This document shows positions 1 through 9,391 of a DNA stretch of 25,890 nucleotides, one piece after another. The notes under the pieces are model-generated. The model searched no databases and was not told the origin of the DNA. It saw only the letters and a list, made by a program, of their open reading frames with translations. This DNA is from Patescibacteria group bacterium (GTDB taxonomy: Bacteria; Patescibacteriota; Gracilibacteria; BD1-5; UBA2023): positions 1-25,890 of the forward strand of contig JBAQKV010000119.1 in NCBI GenBank assembly GCA_049301335.1. Reading direction: 5' to 3'. Made by a program: the position numbers and the translations under genes. Position 1 is the stretch's first letter; the number at the start of each line of letters is the position of its first letter.

Positions 1-1411
1 TCTCGGTAGCGTCGCTGATGAACGCGATGGCCTCTTGAAAAACCCCGTTCTCGTCACGAATCGTCGTCGCGAGAATCGAGACCGGCACGGGCACTCCGTC
101 TTTCGTGAGGAATTCCACGTCGTACGAACGGTGTTCGGTCGTCATCATGGTCGAGGATTTCTTTTCGAGAATCTCGATATTCCGGGCGTCGAGAAAATCG
201 CGTACGTTCTTCCCTACGATTTCATCTTCCTCGTATCCGAGGAGGGAACAGAAAGAAGCGTTCACTTCCCTGACGTTCAAATCGGCGTCGATGGACCAGA
301 ATCCCTGCGAAGTGGAATCGAGGATTTTTTCGAAGCGGGCGTTCGTCCGCCTGAGCGCTGATTCCACTTCTTTCAAACGGGTAATGTCGAATTTGATGGC
401 GATGAACCGGTCGTATTCGCCCTTGGCGTTCTGGAGGGGCGTAATGGTCGTATGGGTGTAATAGCTTTCGTCGCTCCCCTGTTTCGGAACCGGGTTCTGA
501 ACGACGCCGCTCCAGACTTTGCCCGCGAGAACGGTCGTCCAGAGTCCTTTCCAGAATTCGTCGTCCTGGTATTTTTTTCCCCCGAGCATCCGTACGGGTT
601 TGCCGACCACGTCCCTCTCGTCTCCGGACAATTTGCGGTACAAGTCGTTCGCGTAGCGGATGATGCCGTCCTTGTCGACGATCTGCACGATGGCGCTCTG
701 GTCGATCGCGCGGACGTAATCGTCGAGCATCATCCGGGTTTCCTCGCGCTCGGTGACGTCGAAGACGAAGCCAAAGGACTGGATCGCCCTGCCGGATTCG
801 TCGTATACGACATGGGTATGGTCGTGCACGAAGCGGACGCGGCCGTCGGAATGGAGGATGCGGTAGTACAGGTCGTACTCGGGAAGCTTTTTCTGATCGA
901 CGTTTTCGTAGATTTCCCGTTGGACGCGCATGAAGTCGTCGGGATAGATGAGATCCACGAAGGATTTTCCGCCGTTAAGGAAGTCGTTCGGGCCGTACCC
1001 GAAATTCTTCGCGACGTTCGTGCTGACGTTGGATACGGTCCTATCGTTGGGGCATTCCCAGGCGAAATAGGTCAGCGGGCTCTTTTCGAAAATCCGAAGG
1101 AGATTCGCCGCGTCGGGAGTGGACACCTGGGTAAGGACGCGTTTGCGGAATTTCGTCAGGAAACCGAGGTCGGCGAGGCCGTTCTCGAAGTTCTCGGAAC
1201 GCTCTTCGATAAGGTCGTACGCCCGGTCGAAATCAAGGAGGTCGGCCGCCTTCAAAGAGTATTTCGAGGTGAAATACCTGATTCAGAGTTCGATTTGCCG
1301 GTCTTTCGGATCGGCGTTCACGGGACGTTCCCGCCCAGAGGCGATGCGGTCGGCGACGCGCACGAAATCGTCTACGGAATACGATTCGAGCTTCGTCTTC
1401 ATTGCTTGCAT
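1..1411 (-). CDS. multi-PAS/PAC sensor protein, N-terminal ~470 codons (3' end beyond left edge); 1 UGA(Gly)
   Basis: Absent from the supplied track because it has no in-window stop and carries an in-frame TGA at 1283-1285. I checked every triplet of this frame from 1411 to 2: the only stop-type triplet is that TGA, with no TAA or TAG. Start is ATG 1411-1409 (alternative ATG 1402-1400). Three PAS-like modules are present, e.g. FAWECPNDRTVSNVSTNVAKNFGYGPNDFLNGGKSFVDLIYPDD...YRILHSDGRVRFVHDH; AIVQIVDKDGIIRYANDLYRKLSGDERDVVGKPVRML; FEKILDSTSQGFWSIDADLNVREVNASFCSLLGYEEDEIVGKNVRDFL...YDVEFLTKDGVPVPVSI. The + strand ORFs 35..361, 105..461 and 452..1417 are antisense shadows. Confidence 0.75.
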
Positions 1412-1422
1412 GGTTGATGGGT

Positions 1423-4400
1423 TTATCCGCCGGAGGCTTTCTGACGGAGTATCGATTCTATTTTCGCTTTCAGGTATCCGATGGCCTTCTTTTGTCCGGC
1501 TTCGGGAGCCTTTTTCGCACGCGCTTCGAGGTATTTCTTCACCGGGTCGAAAAGACGTGCCATCTTCCTGGGATTTGACGAAGCTTTGACAATTATGTCA
1601 GATGCTACGGATTCGGCAAGCGCATCGAGCGCGGACTTGGTTTCCTGGGTTACGACGGCGTTCTTACCCTTGAGGGATTTGTCTTTGAGAACCGAAGAGA
1701 GGTTGCCGGCGCCCATGGAGGAATCCGTTGCGGAAGTCGGAACCGAAGGCTTCGTCACTACGGCGGGAACTTTGCCGGAGGTAGGATTGGAAACCGTGGA
1801 AGAAGTGGTTCCGGTAGAGGTTTTCGGAGCGGTTCCGCAGCTTCCGTCGTAGTAACTCTGCGAGTAATCACCCAACGGACAGGAGTCGCGGAGTTGCGCC
1901 GAACTTCCTCCTCCGCCGCCTCCGCCGGAGAAGGTTCCGGAAGAATTGCCGCCGGAAGAACCGCCCGAAGACGATCCGCCGCCGGAAGACGCGGCGGTCG
2001 AAGTGACGGAAACCGAGCAGGACCCGGAACCTCCGGCGCCGGCGACGTTCACGACGTAGCGGGTTACCGCGCTCGCCGAAGGAATGACCGAAAGCGAACC
2101 GGAAAGCCCGAGGGAAACGTTCCCCGGAACGAGCGTCGCCGAAGAGGCGTCGGAAGCCGTCCACGCGAGCGTGACGGAATTGCCGTCCGTAACGGAAGCG
2201 GGAGTCGCCGAAACGGTACAGGTGGGCACCGGCGGCGGAACCACGGAAACCGCGGCGAAATAGGAGAACTTGTCGGTGGCGAACGCGAGGCGTCCGGAAG
2301 CGTTGGAGAACGTGGTGGAGTTCGATTGGTCGACCCAATTGATGCCGTCTTCGCTCCTCAGGATGCGAAATTCGGAAGAAGGCGCCATATCCGAGAACGA
2401 GACCACGACGTTGCGGTCGAGTTCCATTCCCACGCCGAGGGTGTCCGCGCCGATTTTCACGATCTTGGCGACGTTCATCGAACGCAGCGACGTACTGCCC
2501 GAAGACGTGACGGCGCGGTCGGAGAGGAATCTCGAAGGATCGACGTTTTCCCCGAGGACGAACCCGCCGTTCCACGTGAGCGTGCCGGACGCGGTGAGCG
2601 CCACGACGTTGGTAGCTCCGGTTTGGGTAGTGAGGGTGATTCCTCCGGAAGAAGTCACGGAGAGTCCGGCTCCGGTGCCGGAATCGGCGATGAGGATGCC
2701 GCTTCCCGGGACGGAATAGCGGGAATTCACGGAAGTGGAATCGTAACGGCGGAGAACGCTGTCGCCCGTGAGCGAAACGGCGTTTACCGAAGTCGCGAGG
2801 ACTTCCGGAAGCCGTATGGTTCCGGAATACGCGGCTTGGGCGTATTGGCTTGAGAAAATGCGGGTGGCGAACGCGTAGTTGGACTTCTCGGCGTTCCAAT
2901 CGCGGGCGAACGTAAAGCTCTTGTCCGGCGTCTTCTGGTAGTAGTTGTCGACCGTCCACTGGTTGACCTGTTTGAGCGAGTCGGTACCGGTTCCGTACCA
3001 AGCCTGAAGATACGAGGATTTCGACGTATCGAAGTTCGTGCCTTCTCCGGCGAAGCGGAGGTCGACCCGCGCGTAGCCGTCGTTATTGGCCTTGTATTCG
3101 GGACGCATGAGCGCGAAGTGCGGCGGAGTTTCGTCCACGTCCTTCGCGAGGTCGGCGGTTTCGCCGAAGTAGTTCGTGTCGGAGAGGTTGTAGAGCGACT
3201 TGTAGATCTTTCCGTACACCGAACGGTAATCGATGCCGACGCCGAGCCAGTTGTCCTTGGAATTCTTGAACGAGAGGTTTCCGTAGGTTTTCTGCGGAAG
3301 GGCGTTCAAAAGGTTGGAGTTATTGGAAAGCACGAACATTCCGCCGCCTTCGCCGTGGTCGGTCCCGATATCGCCGTTGACGGCGACCGTTCGTCCGAAT
3401 TCGGAGAACACGACGATCGTCACGTCGTGGCGGGCTTTTACGCGGTTGAAGAAGTCGGTAAGGCGCGAAGCGACGTTCCCGATGTTGTAGTTGAGGTCTT
3501 TCGGAACGTTGTTCGGATCGAAATTCGAAGACGGAGCGAGCTGGTTAGAGTGGGTGTCGTACCCGCCGTCGGCCTGCATATAGAAGGTCTTCCCTACCCC
3601 GTTGTCGAGGAGGGTCTCCAAGAATTTGAGATTGTTGACGTTGCCCCATCACGCGCCGTCCGGCCCCCCGGAAGCTTTGGATTGGGTGGCGACCTGGTCA
3701 ATGCGGATGGCGCCCTGGAAGACGTCTCCGGCGGAATCCGGATACGTACGCCCTCCCGCGATGTCGCGGATGGCGTTCAACTGGGCGGTAGCTTCCGCCT
3801 GCGATACGTAGCCGTTGGAAAGGATCGCGCCGGACGGTCCGATGTTGGCATAACGGCCGGAACGGAAAACGTTCGGGCGGCGGTTGCCGAGCGAGATGGC
3901 GTCGGTGGAGCTCGCGGCGGTCTTGACGAGTTCGCCGATGACGCCGTCGGCGTCCGCGACGGTCGTATTACCGTACGAGGCGATCTGCTTGGCGGCGGCG
4001 TCGTGGTCGCGGGAATGGTTCTTCGTACCTACGCGGTTGAAAATGCGGAGGTTATCCGAGTCCCAGAGCGACTTGAACGAAGGCGAACCGCCGGAGCCGT
4101 AGGCGATGGCGTTATTCAAGTAGAAATCGCCGAGGTCGGTAAGACGTCCGGTATCGAGCGCGATACCGGAACCGGTAGCGAGCGTGCGCTTGCTGACGTA
4201 CTCGGAATACTCGTTTTTCGGAATGACGCCGTGGAGCCAGTCGTATCCGCCGCCGAGCTCTACGACGATGAGCTTGCCGGAAGCTCCGGAAATCGGCGAA
4301 TAGCTGCCGCCGGTCGATGCCGCGGGAAGGTCGTAGCCGGTCTGTATGACGTACTCGGGCTGCGCGAGGACCATCGCGATGGCCGAGCGGATTTTCTTGC

Positions 4401-6297
4401 GCTGGTAGGTCGCGTCGTACGGAAGGAACGCGACGGCGTTACCGGATTCGTCGGTCGTGAGGAAGGTTTCGATCTTGGCACGAACGTCGGAAGGAAGCTG
4501 GCGCCCGAGGAGGAGTTCGGCTTGGAGCTTGTCGATGAATTCCGACGGGCTCGCGAGCCGAGCGAGGTTGGATGCGGCGCTTACGGCGAAAGAACCTGAC
4601 GAAACCGCTACGGGAAGGGCGCCGGTTCCGGTCGGCTGGAGCGTTCCGGACGGTACGTCGAGAGTCAGGGCGAGCGGATCGTAGAGTCCGGAAGAAATGG
4701 AAATCTTGCCGTTCTGGGTCGTGATGGAGAATTCCGGAAGGTTCACGGTAGGCAAAGAGAACGCGAGCGTTTCGGTGGCTCACGAGTTCGTTACGGCCGG
4801 AGTGACGTCGGCGGTACCGGAAAGGAGGACGACCGAACCGGTGTACGAAGACCCGGAAGAAGTCGAAACGGACGTGGCGATCGAAATCGGGGTCGAAGCG
4901 GCGGGAAGGTAATCGGAAACCGAATACGAGCCGGTGGAAGTGGCGTACGCGATGCGGTTCGCGTAGGTGATCCACTGGTTCTGGAGATAGGTCGAGTACC
5001 ATTTGGCGTTGTCGTCGTACCCGTCGCGACCGAAAACGCTGCCCGGAGAATACGGGGTCCAGTTGAAACGCGAGAGAAGCGAAGTGTCCGAAAGCATCGG
5101 ATCGACCGCGGACGGATCCTTGTAATGAAGGAGTTTCGCGGTTCCTATGGTGAGTTCGACGGGATTCTTATACGCGAGAGCGTTCATCGAAGCGTCCGAA
5201 TACATAGCGTCGCTCGCGAGGAACGTCCGTACCGTGGGTAAGAGGTCGAAGCCGTTGGATTCGATGGTCGAAGCGAGCGCGTCGACGTCTTGGCGGCGCG
5301 GATTGTCGTGGGCGTAAAACCGAAAAATGCGGTTCGCGAGGAAAAGCGCAATCTGGTGCTGGCGCTTCGCGAAAACGTAATCGATGGCATTGTCGGCGAG
5401 ACCGTCGTTCGCGAAAAGCGGCGTTTCCATCGCGGAAAGGTCGAGGGTTCCCGAAGCGGAGTCATAAAACGGGAAATTCACCGAAGATGCCCCGGAAAGG
5501 AAGAGTACTCCGGTGGAAGTGTTATGATACGCCGAGTCGTAGCTGACGATGTGGGTCACGGAATCGGAACGGAAACCCGTGAGCACCTTGGCGAACGCCG
5601 CTACGTCGGATTCTTCGTAATTGCGGGCGTCGCCGGCTTCCTTGGTCTTGCCCGGTTCGTATTCGCCCATGAGGAAGAGCTGGAGCAGTTCGCGGGCGTA
5701 GTTCTCGTTGGGGTAACGCCTGTCGGACTGGTCGAGAAGGTCGAGGAATTTGCCCTCGGCGTAATCCCCCGTCCCCCCGTTGCCGAAAAGGACGCGCTTC
5801 ACCATCGACTTGTAGTTGCCGAGGGAATTCGCGTAGAGGAGGTCGCGCTGGTCTTGGACGTCCTTGTAGGTAATGGACGACCCGTTGGCGTTCACGGAGA
5901 AAATATCCTCGAAAAGGAGGGCGAACTTCGCCTTCGCCTCGTACGGGTCGCGGGCGAGCTTGTACTGGTAGTACTTGTACATGCTGCCGCCGTCGCCCCA
6001 GTTGAAACCGCTTCAGGTGAGGTTGGCCATTTCGGCATTGAACGCCGAACGGTCGGGGCCGACGTCGCTCGGGAACAGCAAAGCCACCGCGTTCGCGGCG
6101 GAGCCAGCGGAATAGAGCGAATCGACCATGGTCGGAGTCGCGGCGAAAAGGGTTTTCCGGGCGAGGTGCTCGGCTTTTTCGCGGGTCCAGTTGGCGGAAG
6201 TGCCGTCGGTGGTTACGGCGTACGCCGGAACGATCTGCACGCCGGGGAGGACGACGGCAAGGGCGACCGCGATCGAGCGGCGGATGAAGTTTCGCAT
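1423..6297 (-). CDS. secreted giant fusion protein (1624 aa): DUF1800-like + DUF1501-like (alkaline-phosphatase/sulfatase superfamily) + beta-rich/Ig-like/Gly-Ser-rich C-terminal extension; 3 UGA(Gly)
   Basis: Track ORFs 6013..6336, 4780..5982, 3649..4755 and 1423..3621 share one frame (all low ends = 1 mod 3). They are separated only by TGA at 6013-6015, 4780-4782 and 3649-3651. The bridging codons translate cleanly (SGFNWGDGGS; ATETLAFS; WGNVNNLKF). Signal peptide MRNFIRRSIAVALAVVLPGVQIVPAYA starts at ATG 6297 (alternative ATG 6336). The DUF1800-type body runs from ...NENYARELLQLFLMGEY... to its usual C-terminus ...IRSAIAMVLAQPEYVIQ, then continues without a stop into DUF1501-type motifs KLIVVELGGGYDWLHGVIP, ADGGYDTHSNQ and VVFSEFGRTVAVNGDIGTDHGEGGGMF. 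After that come ~500 aa of beta-rich sequence, an Ig-like module (PTCTVSATPASVTDGNSVTLAWTASDASSATL), a G/S linker, CPLGDYSQSYYDGSCG and a basic helical tail. True stop is TAA 1423-1425. Confidence 0.8.
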
Positions 6298-6329
6298 GGA
6301 GGTTTCCAAGTAACGGAAATACGCAAAAT

Positions 6330-6356
6330 CCGCCATTTTACGGCGGTGGGTTTTTT
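6330..6356. terminator. short GC hairpin (CCGCC-N7-GGCGG) flanked by A/T runs; likely terminator of the NicO-fusion gene, or a leader element of the giant gene
   Basis: Plus strand reads aaaatCCGCCattttacGGCGGtgggtttttt. On the minus strand the hairpin is followed by AUUUUGCGUAUUU. It lies between the TAG stop at 6439-6441 and the ATG at 6297. The stem is only 5 bp. Confidence 0.4.
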
Positions 6357-6408
6357 GGTATTGGTTTTCCGTACTCCGATGGCGTTTCCCGCCCGTTCTT
6401 ATACGAGA

Positions 6409-6436
6409 CTTATAGGCAATGAATTACGAATGTCAA
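6409..6436 (-). promoter_or_regulatory. sigma70-like promoter TTGACA-16-TATAAG reading toward the giant DUF1800-DUF1501 gene
   Basis: On the minus strand the -35 TTGACA is at 6436..6431 and the -10 TATAAG at 6414..6409, with a 16-nt spacer. The element starts 3 nt after the upstream gene's stop codon. Confidence 0.45.
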
Positions 6437-6438
6437 TA

Positions 6439-8046
6439 CTACCAGACGAGGAAAAGCGAATACGCGGTCACGGCCGTCATGGCCAAGGCCGAAAGCGCCG
6501 AAGACCTCCGGGCGAACGAAGGGGCGTATCCGAACGCTTTTTCCCGAAGGAAATACGTGACGCAGAGCACGAGGAAAAGGCAGGCGAAGATGCCGATTCC
6601 GAGCGCGGCCAAGAGCGGGAGCGCCCATCCGATCTTTCCTAAGGAAAAAAGTACGAGGAATATCCCCCACCCGAACGCACAGGGGGCGAGCCCGGCGAAG
6701 AAGCCGGCGAGGAGGTCTTTCCATCCGGGCATGGCGCGGAATTCGGCATCCGGAAGGACGACCGGGTTTTTCCAGTCGCGGTACGCCCTGAAACAAAGGT
6801 ACGCGGAAAGTCCTACGAGTCCGAAGCTCCCGAACCTTTGGACGAAGAGCATGTACGGCCCCGGATCGAACGCCTCGAAAACGTACTTGGTGAGAAGCAC
6901 GAGGATGGCGACGTCGGCCAGGTGCGTCACGGTGAAGACGAGAGCGAAAGCGAGCCCGGAAAAGAATCCGCGGCGACGGTCGAGAACCGATGCGGCGAGG
7001 AGCGTTTTGGCATGTCCCGGCCCCGCCGCGTGGACGAAGCCGAGCCCGACGGTCAAGGCGAACAACCCCCAGAAACCGGGCGCCGACGGGTCTTGTACGA
7101 ACTTGGTCACGCCCTTCAGCACCTTTCGGAAAAAATCCGCTCCGTAGACCGAAGAATCGAGAAGCGAGACCGGCGCCTGGAATCTCGCGGAATCGGACGT
7201 TTTTCAAGCCGTCTGAACTCCCGCTCCCGCGGTTTGGGACGAAGACGCGGCGCCCGTGTTCGCGCCCGCCAATCCGGAAGGCGCTCACGCTCCTCCGGGC
7301 AAAACCGCCGCCACCGGTTCTTCACGGTGTTTCTGTCCCGGCGACAAGGCCTTGGAAAGCGGGTTCCATCCCCACATGACCTCTTCGCCGTCGGTATAGA
7401 AATCGGCGTCGGTATCGGGGTTTTTCGCATCGGTCCGGTACGCGCGTTCTTCTTCGTCCGAAAGGCCGTCGTTATCGGAATCGAGTCCCTTCGCCGGAGC
7501 GCCGGAAGCCATGTCGAAGGAAAAATCGGGCAACACCGGGGTCAGCACCTTGTACGCCAAAGTCGAACCGTCGCGCCCCATGAGCGTGAGCCGGTTCGTC
7601 TGAAGCGGCAGTTCGTCGAATATCCGTACCGAGACGTCCAATTTCCTTACGCCGTCCCCACACGAAAAAGAATACGACACGGGGAAGCCTTCCGAGAATA
7701 TTTCGTCCACGGCCATCTCGCGGGTGGAAAATCCCCCGATTTCGCAGGGCTTGCCGTTATTGGAAACCTTCACGGTTTCGCGGAGGTAGTCGAAAACGAA
7801 ATCCTGCTTCGAATAGTAGTCGCCGAACGTGATCGAGCGCATGGGCACTCCCCTCTTTCCGAGGATCCGTTCGACTTCCGAGGGATGGACCGCGGTCGTC
7901 GCGGTCACCGAATTCCCCTCCGCGGTCATCGAAGTCGCCGAAACGTCGAGCGGATGGGCGAACGCCGGAGCGGCGGAAAACGCGAAAAACGCGGCGGCGA
8001 GAAAGCCGGTCGCGAAGCGGCGGAGCGACTTGGATTTCGATTCCAT
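6439..8046 (-). CDS. fusion (535 aa): signal peptide + secreted domain of unknown function + thrombospondin-type-3-like Asp-rich repeats + G/A/S linker + NicO/RcnA-family nickel/cobalt transporter membrane domain; 2 UGA(Gly)
   Basis: Track ORFs 7285..8127 and 6439..7122 are in the same frame. They are joined by 54 codons containing TGA at 7285-7287 and 7204-7206 and no TAA or TAG (linker GAPSGLAGANTGAASSSQTAGAGVQTA-G-KTSDSARFQ...). The likely start is MESKSKSLRRFATGFLAAAFFAFSAAPAFA (ATG 8046-8044). DSDNDGLSDEEE and NPDTDADFYTDGEE resemble DxDxDGxxDxxE calcium-binding repeats. The membrane part carries the NicO signature GFVHAAGPGHAKT plus about 6 hydrophobic segments. Stop is TAG 6439-6441. 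Confidence 0.7.
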
Positions 8047-8060
8047 GATGAACGGCTGGG

Positions 8061-9272
8061 TTATCCTCTCCAATCCCCTTCTTCGGTTTCGGCGCCCGGC
8101 TTGGGGAACGTTTCCGAGAATACGCACCCGCAGTAGTTCTGGCGGTAGATTCCGTGCGTTTTAGTATATTCGACGCTCCGGTCGAAACCGCCGTTCTTCC
8201 GAAACGCCTCCTTGAGAAAGACGAGGTTTTTCGAAAGGGCGTTCTTATCGCCCAAATCGAACATTTTCGAAAGGTCCTTGTGCGGCGAATTGTTGAGCGT
8301 CGAAGAGAAATGGCGGATGCCCATTTCGGCGGCGAGTTCGGCAGTACGACGCAGGCGCATGTCGTAGCATTTGGTGCATTTTTCGCCCTTTTCCGGCGTA
8401 TGTTCGAGGCCTTTGATTTCCGCCAGGAAATTCGCGACGTCGTATTCCCCTTCGACGAACGGCACCTCTTCGATTTCGCAGACCTTCTTGAACGCGTCCA
8501 GACGCTTGTCGTATTCGGCTTTCGGCTGGATGTTGGGATCGTACCAGAAACAGACGAGGTCGTATTCCTTCTTCAAATCCATAATGGGAACCGTGGCGTC
8601 CGGTCCGCAGCAGACGTGGAGCAGGAGCTTGGGCTTCTTCTCGAGCACCGCCTTGACCGGCGCGTACGAAGTGCGGTGCGCCCCCGTGACCGACGAAGGT
8701 CCGACGAGCGCGTCGGAGTGTTTTTTCGTGCCGTATCCCTTGTGCGAATCGAGACCGAGGTGCGGATAGAGAAGCGCGTACTGGTCGACGAGCTTGTCGC
8801 GGAACACCTTGGCGAGAATCGAAGCGCCGGAGATTTCGGGAACCTTGGCGTCGCCCTTAATGACGGACACCGCTTCCCTTCCGACCGTTTCGACGAACTG
8901 GTATTTGTCGTTGCCGTCGATGACCACGGCGTTGATTTCGAGCTCCTTCGGAATCTTGCGGACGATTTCCGCCAAGGCCCGGCGCATCGCTTCCTTATTG
9001 GCCTTCTTGATGCCGATTTCGTCGATGAGTTGACTGTCGCATATCCCCACTCAGAAAAAGACGTTGGGGTTCTCCGCCGAAGCGAGGGCCACGAGTTCGT
9101 GGAAAATCTTCTCGCGTGCCTTTTCCGTCAGTGCCTTACTGTCGGCGAGCGACGAAAAAAGTTCCCGGGGAATCGGGCGGTTGGGGTCGAACGCGAGCGC
9201 GGCGGCGGCGACGGGTCCGAACCACGGTCAGCGGCCGGCTTCGTCCACGCCGATTTTTACGTAGTTCCTCAT
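8061..9272 (-). CDS. rnhB: RNase HII fused to epoxyqueuosine reductase QueH (DUF208) in one 403-aa ORF; 2 UGA(Gly)
   Basis: ATG 9272-9270 gives MRNYVKIGVDEAGR[TGA]PWFGPVAAAALAFD...LADSKALTEKAREKIF...NVFF[TGA]VGICDSQLIDEIGI...VVIDGN...GASILAKVFRD...HKGYGTKKH...AHRTSYAPV, which carries the RNase HII D-E-D-D motifs. The frame then continues without a stop into PKLLLHVCCGPD...FWYDPNIQPKAEYDKR...EKGEKCTKCYDMRLRRTAELAAEMG...FSSTLNNSPHKD...IYRQNYCGCVFS, a QueH-type Cys pattern. TGAs are at 9228-9230 and 9051-9053. Stop is TAA 8061-8063. Confidence 0.85.
9228..9230 (-). other. in-frame UGA codon occupying the invariant Gly of the RNase HII DEAGRG motif
   Basis: This is codon 15 of the rnhB-queH ORF: GTG GAC GAA GCC GGC CGC TGA CCG = V D E A G R [UGA] P. 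Confidence 0.9.
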
Positions 9273-9335
9273 GGAAAATCGGAAGTACCGGACGGTCGTC
9301 CGGAATCGGCGATACGATACCGAAACGCGCGAGGA

Positions 9336-9363
9336 TTGGAAATTTTTTCGGATAGGCTAGAAT
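9336..9363 (+). promoter_or_regulatory. sigma70-like promoter TTGGAA-16-TAGAAT for the lipoprotein gene
   Basis: -35 at 9336..9341, -10 at 9358..9363, about 28 nt upstream of ATG 9392. Confidence 0.5.
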
Positions 9364-9391
9364 CCGGGGCGTATCCGAACCTGCAGAACCC

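Noticed and set aside
9228-9230. UGA = Trp (code 4) or selenocysteine
   Set aside because: The RNase HII DEAGR-G-P position is Gly, and the PilC internal repeat comparison also points to Gly. For Sec, 24 sites in unrelated non-redox proteins, including a tandem pair, with no Cys-homologous context is implausible. I did not see SECIS-like hairpins immediately downstream of the sites I inspected.
1423-9272. Reading the TGA-interrupted genes as pseudogenes, or as a decaying or poorly assembled region under the standard code
   Set aside because: The interruptions are exclusively TGA, never TAA, TAG or frameshifts. The frame is always preserved, and conserved motifs continue on both sides. No gene ends in TGA, and the pattern recurs in 13 independent genes across the whole window.
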